In this document: in pieces, positions 7,718-16,160 of the stretch | Numbering within the stretch: the first letter of the stretch is position 1 | How the letters are laid out: every line of letters starts with the position of its first letter | IMG/VR virus record: IMGVR_UViG_3300025944_000008 | Source of the DNA: a virus | Lineage: Duplodnaviria > Heunggongvirae > Uroviricota > Caudoviricetes | Strand: one strand, 5' to 3' | Length of the DNA stretch: 32,192 nucleotides | Notes under the pieces: generated by a model | Database searches by the model: none | The model's input: the letters and a program-made list of their open reading frames with translations, nothing else | What the model was told of the DNA's origin: nothing | Made by a program: the position numbers and the translations under genes

Positions 7718-10122
7718 TAGTACAGCGCCTCTGCGAGTGCGCCCGTCTGGGCGAGGGACACCCGAACGCCTTGATCGGCGATATGGATGGCCCGGTCCGT
7801 GTGGTGCGCCCCGGTCAGGTATGCGAGCGAGTCGGGGCTGAACACGCTCGAGCTGGCCGTCTTGTCGACCCCACCGGCGAAGGCCTGCACCATGCTGCTA
7901 CCGAATGACTCGGGAGCGAGCTGGGGGTCGGAGACGAGGAACTTCTGGATGGCGGTGGCCTTCTTCACGATGCTGCGCCGGTAGCCGTTGTAGGCGGCTG
8001 ACAGCTTCTTCATGAGGGGATCGGCGGAGGCGGTCTTCTCGACGCTCTTCCGCGGATCGGCACGGCGTGCTTCAAGACGCTCCATTCGACGAGCAAGAGG
8101 AGTGGCGGCTACTGACCGCTCACCCACCATGCCCAGAGCCTGAAGGAGGTCTTTGAGAGCACGATCGATGCGATCGGGATTCACCTGCAGGGACTCGTCG
8201 ACGTCCGAAGAAGGCCCGAAGACCTCCCCCTTCCTGTCGAGTTCATCCGCCAGCGGCTTCTCTCCGATTCGCACCAGCATCACCCTCTGAAACTCATGGG
8301 GCTTAAGAACGATGCCCATCATAGCGGGGGTTGAGAGGGCTTCGGTAAGATCCATTTTGCCCATCTCGTCCAGCGCCTTGTTTGGGATCGAGCTCTCCCC
8401 TTTCTCCAGTCTTGGCAATGTCTCTTTCGAAAAAGGACCTGCCGGTATTGTTTTTATGATCTCACTCAGCTTCCTATGGGAAGCGGATTTTTCAGAATTA
8501 CGCGTACCTGGAAAGACGGCGTGCGCGACTTTCTCAGCCGTACCGCCGCAATCATCTCCAAGTCCGTGGCATCCGCACGTCGCTGACGCGATCTTCACTG
8601 CCTCGGCATCGCGGGTCTTGCGTGCCTTTCGAGCACTGACAAGGTGGGTCTTCTTGAACTCACCCATTGTCGTCCTCGACACCTGCCCAAGACGCCTTTC
8701 AGGCATATGGTCGAGATAGCTCTTCTTTGCCGCCGCCTCATCGCGATAGCCGATCATGACCTTTCGCTCATCGAACGAGCCGTCGTCCTTGAGCTGATTG
8801 ATCATGAAGACGAACTCTGAATCGCGGCTCGGCCCCACATAGACATCGAGCTGCTCGCCATCGGCATCTACGGTCGCTGGGATGTAGCCGTAATCGGCCT
8901 TCATCAGCTTCTGGTAGGTCACCTTTGAAGGATCGGCCTTTGAGTAGTACTTACGCGTCTGACCCTTCAACCACTCCAGCATGATCGGGATGCCTTGGAC
9001 GTGGATGAACTTCTGAATTGGGTCATTGGCCGTCTTGACTGAAGCTGTCTTCTCACGAGCAGCGTCGAGGTTGACGAGCGCGTCATACGACTCATTTGCC
9101 TCGAGCTGAGCCGGAGGATAGAGCCGCGCCTCGAATGCCGGCTTGGCAGCTTTCGTCTCTTGAATGATCTGAGTACGAGACTTGTTGCCGATGAAGTCGT
9201 TGAAGGTCGGGTCGTACATCCCGTCCTGGTGATTGCCGAGCCAGGTAGGATGCTCCTCACGAAGCGGGGCCGTAGGGTCTTGCTCACCGGCGAACTTCGA
9301 GAACTGCTCACCAACATCGACGCTGAGTCGAGGAATGGTGCAGTACTCACCCATGCAGACCTGATTGCCCTTTGACGCAAGCTTGGCCATGACCTTGGCC
9401 GTCTTGTCGGCTCCGATGAAGACGAAGGAGATGTCGAAGAAGCGAGGGCGAGGGTTGTAGACGAACACCTTCCTGCCATCTGGCAGGATGACATTCATCA
9501 TGCTCTTCGCGTGGTGGCAGTAGTCCTTCGGAGTCTTCGACCGGTGCTGACAGATCGAGCAGACGTCGTAGGGCACCTTGCAGCCCATTGAGACGTCCGG
9601 GAACTCTCCCCGCTCGATCTTCTCGATCACATCCTGAGCGTCGAAACGCTTGCAGAGCTCGCGGTCAAGATAGACCACCAGCTCCACGCGATGCATCTTT
9701 GGGTTCCACGCGGCGAGCTCGACCGAGCCGAATGCCCGCGACGAGTCCTTGTTGACGTGGTGCTTGTACGGATGCGCCCCCATGAAGGTGGGGAAGCCGT
9801 ACTCCCAGCTCTTGCCGATCTCCTTCATCCGCGTGGCGGGAAGCTTCTCCCAGTCCTTCGGAGAGTGGATCAGCTCCTTCTCAGGGAAGTGGTCGCCATT
9901 GATGTTGGAGCCCCAGATCTCGCCGGCGCCCATGGCGTTCACCAGGACGTAGATGCCGTGCTTGCTGGGGCGAACAGTCCTGACGAAGTCGGCGATCTGA
10001 GGATGCAGGTTCGCTCGCGATGAGGCAGAGGCAGTCTTTACCAAGCCGTCATCGAGCAAGGGCTGGCAGAAGATCTGCCCCTCATCGTTCTTGCCGAAGA
10101 ACTGAACCTGCTTGACGAGCAT
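7717..10122 (-). CDS. Prohead (capsid maturation) protease with an inserted inorganic pyrophosphatase-like domain, 801 aa
   Basis: The N-terminal ~250 aa show HK97/herpes-type maturation protease patterns: HPYKHHVN (His), DVSMGC (Ser, nt 9589-9591), FFDISFVFIGADKTA. Nt ~8641-9006 encode IPIMLEW...DYGYIPATVDADGEQLDVYVGP...FDERKVMIG, a family-I PPase-like (InPase) pattern. Confidence 0.75.
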   Translation of the reverse strand: MLVKQVQFFGKNDEGQIFCQPLLDDGLVKTASASSRANLHPQIADFVRTVRPSKHGIYVLVNAMGAGEIWGSNINGDHFPEKELIHSPKDWEKLPATRMKEIGKSWEYGFPTFMGAHPYKHHVNKDSSRAFGSVELAAWNPKMHRVELVVYLDRELCKRFDAQDVIEKIERGEFPDVSMGCKVPYDVCSICQHRSKTPKDYCHHAKSMMNVILPDGRKVFVYNPRPRFFDISFVFIGADKTAKVMAKLASKGNQVCMGEYCTIPRLSVDVGEQFSKFAGEQDPTAPLREEHPTWLGNHQDGMYDPTFNDFIGNKSRTQIIQETKAAKPAFEARLYPPAQLEANESYDALVNLDAAREKTASVKTANDPIQKFIHVQGIPIMLEWLKGQTRKYYSKADPSKVTYQKLMKADYGYIPATVDADGEQLDVYVGPSRDSEFVFMINQLKDDGSFDERKVMIGYRDEAAAKKSYLDHMPERRLGQVSRTTMGEFKKTHLVSARKARKTRDAEAVKIASATCGCHGLGDDCGGTAEKVAHAVFPGTRNSEKSASHRKLSEIIKTIPAGPFSKETLPRLEKGESSIPNKALDEMGKMDLTEALSTPAMMGIVLKPHEFQRVMLVRIGEKPLADELDRKGEVFGPSSDVDESLQVNPDRIDRALKDLLQALGMVGERSVAATPLARRMERLEARRADPRKSVEKTASADPLMKKLSAAYNGYRRSIVKKATAIQKFLVSDPQLAPESFGSSMVQAFAGGVDKTASSSVFSPDSLAYLTGAHHTDRAIHIADQGVRVSLAQTGALAEALY

Positions 10123-10125
10123 CGC

Positions 10126-10755
10126 TTACTTCTTGGCGCCCAGGTCGTGGCGAAGCTTGGACTTCTGGAGCATCTCCATCTCGCGATCGGGCATCCTGAG
10201 CATCTCCGGCTTGGGCAACCGGCGGCTCTCATTGATACCCTTGCGCCCTTCGACGATGGCCTTCATGGCGTCGAGACCGACCGCACCCACACCTTCTTCG
10301 CTCTGGGCCATGTCGACATGCTGACGGACGAAGCTTCCAGAGACGACCGGGTCTCCCGAGAAGTCCGGGTTGAAGCGGTGAAGGGTGGAGAAGATTGCCT
10401 GGACCTGGTGCGCCGGCTTGTCCTTCAGATCTGGGTTCGACGCCATCATCCGCTTGTAGTTGCGGGTCTTGGTGATGGCTCGACGAGTGGCATCATAGGC
10501 GTCACCAGCGAGCGCCAGGCCGATGCCGCCGAGTGCCGTGGCACCCAGACCCTTGGCCATGGCAAGACCTCCTTGCCCGACAGACGAGCCGATCGACTTC
10601 CAGTCCATGGCAGCCTTCTTCAGGATGCCGTCGAACTCCTCGAGGAACTCGTCCTTCCACGGGCTCTCGCTGATCTCGCCGCGGGTCTGCATGATGAAGT
10701 CGTACGTCTCGGGCGCGACTTCCGCGACCTTCTCCATGAGCTGCGTGCTGTTCAT
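10126..10755 (-). CDS. Head-associated protein with a Gly-rich hydrophobic helix, 209 aa
   Basis: EKVAE, EFLEEFDGILKKAAM, then GGLAMAKGLGATALGGIGLALAG; SD AGGAG. Confidence 0.8.
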   Translation of the reverse strand: MNSTQLMEKVAEVAPETYDFIMQTRGEISESPWKDEFLEEFDGILKKAAMDWKSIGSSVGQGGLAMAKGLGATALGGIGLALAGDAYDATRRAITKTRNYKRMMASNPDLKDKPAHQVQAIFSTLHRFNPDFSGDPVVSGSFVRQHVDMAQSEEGVGAVGLDAMKAIVEGRKGINESRRLPKPEMLRMPDREMEMLQKSKLRHDLGAKK

Positions 10756-10764
10756 CTTGAGCTC

Positions 10765-11058
10765 CTAGTAGGGCGACTGGCGGGTGTAGGCCTGAACCTC
10801 GGGATTGAATCCCTGGTACGCAGCCTGAGTCTGATTGACTGCTCTCTTGCCGAGAGCGTAGAGACCGGCGGCACCCAGACCAAGACCGATCGTGCCCATC
10901 ACCGGGCCGTTCTGCTTCATCGACTTCTGCCAGGCCCAATTGGCACCACGGCCGATCCCCTTCGCTGCTCCTCCCACTACGCCGAGCACACCCGCGACCT
11001 TCTCGCCGGCGAGCCCGCGGAGGACAGCACGGGAATATGCAGCTTGGCGGAAGGTCAC
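10765..11058 (-). CDS. Small Gly-rich membrane-like virion protein, 97 aa
   Basis: GTG start overlapping the upstream stop; EKVAG motif; hydrophobic GTIGLGLGAAGLYALG. Confidence 0.75.
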   Translation of the reverse strand: MTFRQAAYSRAVLRGLAGEKVAGVLGVVGGAAKGIGRGANWAWQKSMKQNGPVMGTIGLGLGAAGLYALGKRAVNQTQAAYQGFNPEVQAYTRQSPY

Positions 11059-12032
11059 TTCCGTGCCGCCGTCTTGAGGAACTGAGTCGTCTGATCGAGA
11101 CCCTTCTTTACATCGAGAAGTGCCTCATGTGCGATCGAACGCTCATGGGCGCACTTCATCATCGCCGACGCCGAAGCGACGAGTGGGTGATTGGGGTTGA
11201 CCAGCTTGCCGGCAGTCTTCGTGCGGCTCTTGAGCTGCTCTTCCGAGACGCCGGCTCGCAGGAGACTCTCTGCCAGCTTCGTGATGTCTTCACGGCCGAG
11301 AGCGGCAACGACCGAGACAGCCTCCACCACACCACGGAAGCCAGCGCCCTCCGGGTTGAGCACCTCTTCCCGAGCGGCTTTGTAGAAGTCGGCCGAGGCC
11401 TGCTTGTACATCAGGTCCGCACCTTCGTGGGCCGCAGCGAGCTCATCGTAGGAGCGCTTGAGCTTGAGGTGCTCGGCATAGACGTCGTTGACCGGATTGG
11501 CCGAGCCCTCCCAAGACGGATCGAGCCCGGCAGCACTCGCGACCTTCTCGACAGGCTCTCCCTGGCCGAACTGCCCAGAAGAGTTGTTGCGGTTGAAGAG
11601 GTCGGCGAGACCAGATTCGGGATCACCAGCCCCCGACCCGTCCATCCCCATTGAGCCGTCCTTCTCTTCCCGGATCGGCGCTCGATGGTAGTCGGCCTTG
11701 TTGTGCAAGACCTTGCCGCTGTGAGCCGGAGATCCGCCATCCCGGAGATCCCGAATCACCACTCCCGGATCTGCAATCGGGAAGTGGACGTTCTTGTCCT
11801 TGTTCTTCTCGAAGAGATGTTGGAAGGTGGAGTTGTTGGCGAATTCGACGATGCGGTGGATGTGCTCGTTGTTGAGCTCTGGATGCTGGGAGGCGAGCTT
11901 CACGATCGACTCGTTCAGCGGCGTCTTCTTGTCCAGGAACTCAGCCGAGGCCTTCTGACCGATGTATTCCAACGTCTCGGGGCTGACGCCCTTGCTGGAT
12001 CCCGACGTCAGAAGTTGCTCGAAAACGTCCAT
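11055..12032 (-). CDS. Head-associated protein, 325 aa (first gene of the head operon)
   Basis: Start moved to ATG 12032 (GGAG SD); the track's upstream extension overlaps the divergent HTH gene. Contains KLAS, KVAS, KQAS and KTA motifs. Confidence 0.8.
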   Translation of the reverse strand: MDVFEQLLTSGSSKGVSPETLEYIGQKASAEFLDKKTPLNESIVKLASQHPELNNEHIHRIVEFANNSTFQHLFEKNKDKNVHFPIADPGVVIRDLRDGGSPAHSGKVLHNKADYHRAPIREEKDGSMGMDGSGAGDPESGLADLFNRNNSSGQFGQGEPVEKVASAAGLDPSWEGSANPVNDVYAEHLKLKRSYDELAAAHEGADLMYKQASADFYKAAREEVLNPEGAGFRGVVEAVSVVAALGREDITKLAESLLRAGVSEEQLKSRTKTAGKLVNPNHPLVASASAMMKCAHERSIAHEALLDVKKGLDQTTQFLKTAARK

Positions 12033-12079
12033 GAGTTCTCCGGCTTCTGAGTTAGCATCATATTCATAGGAGGAAGACC

Positions 12080-12781
12080 TTGGTGGGAAGCCGATTCTTG
12101 ACAAAGAAGGAGGCGGCAAAGGTACTTGGCTGCAGCGAGCGAACCATCTTCTACAAGGTTCAGCGAGGGGAGTTGCGCACGGTGAAGAACGGCCACCGGG
12201 TAGACATCCTCGAGGAGGACGTCATCGCTCTCCGTGATTCTCAACGGAAGAGCGACGGAGAGAAAGCTCTTCCATTCGCTATCAACCGCCAGACGCTGAT
12301 GCGACTTCACACCGAGAATAGCATCCTCCGGCGTGACGTCGATCAGATCCTCCGAGTACTCAACATCCGAAAGGACCCGCTGAGGTTCACGGACTTGGAG
12401 ATTACCTCGTTGTACCAGATGGCCAATACATACGCCAGTGATGGTTGGCCGCCTCATGTCGAGGAGACTTGGGCCGGGTACCTCCAACGCATCGATGCGC
12501 AGCACTTCGGTCAGATCGAGAGGATGACCAAGGACTCACATCCCTGGCGCCCCTTCCTTCGACTTGCCTCGACAATGGCACTGCGCCCTTACAACACTGA
12601 GCTCTCTATCCAACTCTCGTCTGCCAGAGAGCACATGCAGATGATGACGAGTGTGTGGTTCGAGATAAAGCAAATCTCTCCTCGTCAGCTCGACGCAATG
12701 CTCAATCGAGAAGCCCGCCCCAGCAAGCGTTTGCTCAATAAGCTCGAGAGAAGGCAGAAAGAATACGCTGCAAAAAACTGA
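12080..12781 (+). CDS. Excisionase/MerR-like helix-turn-helix DNA-binding protein, 233 aa
   Basis: N-terminal FLTKKEAAKVLGCSERTIFYKVQRGELRTVKNGHRVDILEEDV matches the HTH_17-type pattern; SD AGGAGG before TTG/GTG. Confidence 0.8.
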   Translation: MVGSRFLTKKEAAKVLGCSERTIFYKVQRGELRTVKNGHRVDILEEDVIALRDSQRKSDGEKALPFAINRQTLMRLHTENSILRRDVDQILRVLNIRKDPLRFTDLEITSLYQMANTYASDGWPPHVEETWAGYLQRIDAQHFGQIERMTKDSHPWRPFLRLASTMALRPYNTELSIQLSSAREHMQMMTSVWFEIKQISPRQLDAMLNREARPSKRLLNKLERRQKEYAAKN

Positions 12782-12799
12782 AACGTCTCGGGATAAGAG
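12771..12799 (+). promoter_or_regulatory. Candidate phage promoter, site 1 (CAAAA-N16-GATAAG)
   Basis: CAAAA at 12771, GATAAG at 12792; identical spacing at 15867 and 31137. Confidence 0.6.
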
Positions 12800-12810
12800 G
12801 TGTGACGTGA

Positions 12811-12830
12811 ACGAACGTTTTTTCGTTCGT
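12811..12830 (+). promoter_or_regulatory. 5'-UTR hairpin ACGAACG-TTTTTT-CGTTCGT
   Basis: Perfect 7-bp inverted repeat between promoter site 1 and the ATG at 12853. Confidence 0.4.
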
Positions 12831-12852
12831 ACCCCTCACATGGAGACGACAG

Positions 12853-13224
12853 ATGGGAAACCAGCAGCAAGAGATGTCCTCGCTTCCGCAGCCACCCCGC
12901 CACGGCCTCAACAAGCAGGACATGGAGACTCTCCAGAACTTCTGCAAGGAGCACATCGACGAGATGGTGGAAGGCGCTCTGGACACCATCCCGGAGGCCA
13001 TCCGACAGTTCTCCATCAAGCCGGTACTCACGACTCGGCAGCGGGTGGCAGTCATCGGCAGCTATGCTGCGGTGGCCGTCGTGGGAGGCATCGTGGGTGG
13101 CCTGGCCTACAAGCGGCTGACGGACCGCAAGCAGCGCAAGGACACCGCGAAGGTCAACGAGGAGATGGAGAAGGAGTTCTCGGGTTCGACGAAGCTGCGG
13201 GCTGTGGGGGCACGCGTTTCGTAG
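12853..13224 (+). CDS. Single-pass membrane protein, 123 aa
   Basis: Hydrophobic VAVIGSYAAVAVVGGIVGGLAY followed by basic KRLTDRKQRK; SD GGAG; own promoter candidate and terminator. Confidence 0.8.
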   Translation: MGNQQQEMSSLPQPPRHGLNKQDMETLQNFCKEHIDEMVEGALDTIPEAIRQFSIKPVLTTRQRVAVIGSYAAVAVVGGIVGGLAYKRLTDRKQRKDTAKVNEEMEKEFSGSTKLRAVGARVS

Positions 13225-13240
13225 TTTCAAGGGGCAGCAC

Positions 13241-13269
13241 AGAACCAGGCAATTGCGCCTGGTTCTTTT
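13241..13269 (+). terminator. Rho-independent terminator at the convergent junction with terL
   Basis: 10-bp stem AGAACCAGGC/GCCTGGTTCT, 6-nt loop, short T run. Confidence 0.7.
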
Positions 13270-15109
13270 AGCTATTCGCCCTGGGAGTGATAGCCGGCGC
13301 CACGATATCTGGACGAGGGAAGTCCAGCATCGAGACGATGAAGCACAAGAGGGTGGAGTGGAACGAGTCGTCGCTGGCGTTGGGCGACTTCTTGTACTCG
13401 ATCATGCGCCGCTGCTCGTTGTACTCAGCGAAGATGTTCAGGAAGTCGCCGCCGAATGGCGCTTTGAACTGGTCCCACTGCGGGAAGCGGAAGACGTTGC
13501 GCCGCTTGATGGCGTTGAAGATGTCGCTCATCACTTCGCTACGGTTGACGAGGAATCGCTTGAGTCCGTCCTCCCAGCGAATCTTCTCGCCCGGATTCGA
13601 GTACTGGTACTTAACGATGCGGTTGAGGCCGAAGCGGTTGGTGAGCTTGTCGTTCGGCCAGAAGCCGCCGCCGTAGTCGACCCCGATCCTACGCACGTTC
13701 CACTTGAGGATGGTCTCGATGATCTCATCCATCTGCGTCTGAGGCTCAGCCTCGCGCCCCTCAAATCGACGGTAGTAGAAGACCTGGAACTTGCCGTCCA
13801 GATAGGCGCCCATCGTGAAGACGGTGAAGGAGTGCTCACCGCCACCCATCCAGTCGATGCCGCCGTAGATGGGTGTCGAACCGCCAAAGTGGTTCCTGTA
13901 CTTCTCGAGAGAGGCTGGATCAAGTGAGAGGTACTGCGAGCAGTTGTCGATCAAGTCCTGCTGAGTGAGGGGTCGAGTGCCCGAATCGTACGAGAGGCCG
14001 AGCACCTCATTGTAGAAACGATCGCGCGGGTAGGTCTTGAGGTTCTGGATGATGTCGTCGTGCGAAATCCACGGCACCATGAGCTGCGGGATGCGGAAGC
14101 CCTCATAGGGCTTGGGGATCTGATTGATGATGTCTGGGTTCAGAGACGCCCACTGCGCCATCGGATCCTTGGCGTCGATGGGGCCGCCGCACTTGTCGCA
14201 GATGAGGCTCTTTGCCCCGATGTGGTCCTCGGTGAGGATGTTCCAGTGGACCTTGGTGATCTTGCCGTCGCCCGTAAACATAGAGTGGGCGTGGCAGGGG
14301 ACCACCCATTCGTTCTGGGTGGAGTACTGCTGCCAATAGGCCTCGATTGTGTTGTCGAGGCTCTTGGGGGTGCCAGAGAAGATGAAGACACCGCCCTTGT
14401 GCGACTCACCGCCGATATTGATGACGGAGTGCGAAGCACACTGCTCGATAACGGGGATGTTGTCGGTGAGGATGTCCTGGAGCTCGTCGATGCAGATGAT
14501 GTCCGCCGGGATGCCGCGGCAGCGGTCGGCGTTCATGAAGGCGTAGCGGAGAGTGATCTGGGAGCGGTTGATGAACTTCTTGAGGAAGACGTTGTCCGAG
14601 AGCTTGGTGGTCGTCCAGCTCTTCAAGAATGGACTGGTCTCGATCGGCTCCTTCAGACGGTCCTGCGAGAAAACCTTCGATTGTTGGTTGGTCGGCGAGA
14701 CGTAGAGGCTGTTGAGGGCAGTGACGATGCAGGAGTAGGAAAGGAGCTTGTTGCCGAGCATGGTCGACTTCTCGACCTGTCGACCGCACTTCAGCAGGGT
14801 CCGCTTCGATGAGGTGTCGTAGATCTGGCGGAGGTACTCGCGCTCGGCAAAGGAGTAGTTCTTGTAGGTCTGATGCTCTTTGTCCGGCATCATGATCGCG
14901 AATTCGGTGAACTCCGAAGGGAGCACCGAGACGAGATCCTGGAGGTCCTTGAAGTCCTGTGCTCCGTACTCGTTGCCAGGATCCGGCTCGTAATCCCACT
15001 CTTCCGGGAACTCGGGACCAGAGTAGAGACCCTCATGATCCAGCAGCATTACGCGACGCTCTCGGTCGCGTTGGTAGGAGTGGAGATCCTCCACGATCTC
15101 GTAAGCCAT
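13268..15109 (-). CDS. terL: Terminase large subunit, 613 aa
   Basis: Walker A GRQVEKST, Walker B ICIDELQD, motif III FSGTP, Cys/His Zn-type insert (VVPCHAH...ICDKCGG), RNase H-like nuclease motifs YGGIDW, IGVDYGGG and DDSFHS. Confidence 0.93.
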   Translation of the reverse strand: MAYEIVEDLHSYQRDRERRVMLLDHEGLYSGPEFPEEWDYEPDPGNEYGAQDFKDLQDLVSVLPSEFTEFAIMMPDKEHQTYKNYSFAEREYLRQIYDTSSKRTLLKCGRQVEKSTMLGNKLLSYSCIVTALNSLYVSPTNQQSKVFSQDRLKEPIETSPFLKSWTTTKLSDNVFLKKFINRSQITLRYAFMNADRCRGIPADIICIDELQDILTDNIPVIEQCASHSVINIGGESHKGGVFIFSGTPKSLDNTIEAYWQQYSTQNEWVVPCHAHSMFTGDGKITKVHWNILTEDHIGAKSLICDKCGGPIDAKDPMAQWASLNPDIINQIPKPYEGFRIPQLMVPWISHDDIIQNLKTYPRDRFYNEVLGLSYDSGTRPLTQQDLIDNCSQYLSLDPASLEKYRNHFGGSTPIYGGIDWMGGGEHSFTVFTMGAYLDGKFQVFYYRRFEGREAEPQTQMDEIIETILKWNVRRIGVDYGGGFWPNDKLTNRFGLNRIVKYQYSNPGEKIRWEDGLKRFLVNRSEVMSDIFNAIKRRNVFRFPQWDQFKAPFGGDFLNIFAEYNEQRRMIEYKKSPNASDDSFHSTLLCFIVSMLDFPRPDIVAPAITPRANS

Positions 15110-15543
15110 TACATCCTCTCGAGGTAGTCGGCAGCAGACCGCAGCCGGGAAGGGTTATCCCTCAGGCAGCCGATTCCAGTGTTGCACCCGAAGCAAAGCA
15201 GCCCCCGGACTTTCTTCGTCTTGTGGTCGTGGTCCACGTTGAATCCCTGAAGTTTGCTCTTCACGGCCTTTGGGGCCTCTCCGCAGATGGCGCATTTGCC
15301 GTTCTGCTGTAGGACTAGTGCATCAAACTCTTCTATGGAGAGGCCGTAGCGTCTCTTGAATCGAGTATCCGTTTGTCGACGATGATTGGTCTTTCCCCAC
15401 TCAGTCGCTCGGTCGGCCGAGCAGCGCCTGCACCAGCAAATATAGCCTCGCTTGTCTGGACAGAAGAACTTAGCCGTAGCCGGCTTGTCTTTCTTGCACC
15501 GTGGACAAGTCTTAGTTCTTCGTGGGTAGCGGATCTTGTTCAC
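15109..15543 (-). CDS. Endonuclease VII-family HNH nuclease, 144 aa
   Basis: RYGLSIEEFDALVLQQNGKCAICG...VDHDHKTKKVRGLLCFGCNTGIG; N-terminal CxxC/CxxC; stop overlaps the terL ATG. Confidence 0.9.
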   Translation of the reverse strand: MNKIRYPRRTKTCPRCKKDKPATAKFFCPDKRGYICWCRRCSADRATEWGKTNHRRQTDTRFKRRYGLSIEEFDALVLQQNGKCAICGEAPKAVKSKLQGFNVDHDHKTKKVRGLLCFGCNTGIGCLRDNPSRLRSAADYLERM

Positions 15544-15587
15544 CGATTCCTCTACCAGGATCCTAACAAAGTCACTAGGATTTTGCC

Positions 15588-15920
15588 ATGCAACCCTCCC
15601 TCGCCTGGGTCCGAGAGTTCCATGCGTCGTTCAACAGAGCGGCTGACATCTCCTCGACGTACACCATCGAAGATACTGTCAACCCACTCATCAAGAACGT
15701 CATCTTCCATCTCAGAGAGCCACTCACTGGCGAGAACTACCGCCCCTTCCAGAATCTGGCGCACGGCTTCGCCAACGCGAATGACTGCGTCTTGCAGCGC
15801 ATATACAACCAGCCAGACAAACTAATCCTCGTCGTTGGAACGAAACGGCGCCTCGGACCTGTTCAGCAAAAGAATCCGCTGCTGAGCGATAAGCGAGGAC
15901 CGTTCACCAACAGAGGTTAG
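15588..15920 (+). CDS. Hypothetical protein, 110 aa
   Basis: Intact ORF divergent from the endonuclease gene, with typical codon use. Confidence 0.7.
   Translation: MQPSLAWVREFHASFNRAADISSTYTIEDTVNPLIKNVIFHLREPLTGENYRPFQNLAHGFANANDCVLQRIYNQPDKLILVVGTKRRLGPVQQKNPLLSDKRGPFTNRG
15867..15895 (+). promoter_or_regulatory. Candidate phage promoter, site 2 (CAAAA-N16-GATAAG)
   Basis: CAAAA at 15867, GATAAG at 15888, about 30 nt upstream of the ATG at 15924 (inside the end of the previous ORF). Confidence 0.55.
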
Positions 15921-15923
15921 CCA

Positions 15924-16160
15924 ATGCAAGTTCGAACAGTTTGGTCCAATGAGGGCTGCGAAGATGGCGATGTGCCGTGGTTGAAAGCTGCCGTCGATGA
16001 GTACACCGTCGACACACTAGGCGGCGAGCTACCCGAAGACTACCAGAAGGCTCTTGCGAACACCGCCAATCGCGAGCTGATCATCAACATCCCGGAGAAG
16101 GCCGTCCGAGATCTCTTCATTCCTCCTCACGTCGTCGGAAAGATCACCGAGGTGAAGTGA
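15924..16160 (+). CDS. Hypothetical acidic protein, 78 aa
   Basis: SD GAGG; its stop overlaps the rnhB start (TGATG). Confidence 0.7.
   Translation: MQVRTVWSNEGCEDGDVPWLKAAVDEYTVDTLGGELPEDYQKALANTANRELIINIPEKAVRDLFIPPHVVGKITEVK

Noticed and set aside
12061-12068. TATGAATA on the minus strand upstream of the head operon, one mismatch from the T4 late promoter TATAAATA
   Set aside because: Single imperfect occurrence, not seen before other structural operons, and no gp55-like sigma in the window. It stays possible but is unsupported.
12098-12103. Perfect TTGACA on the plus strand
   Set aside because: It lies inside the HTH coding sequence (FLTK) with no acceptable -10 at 16-18 nt.
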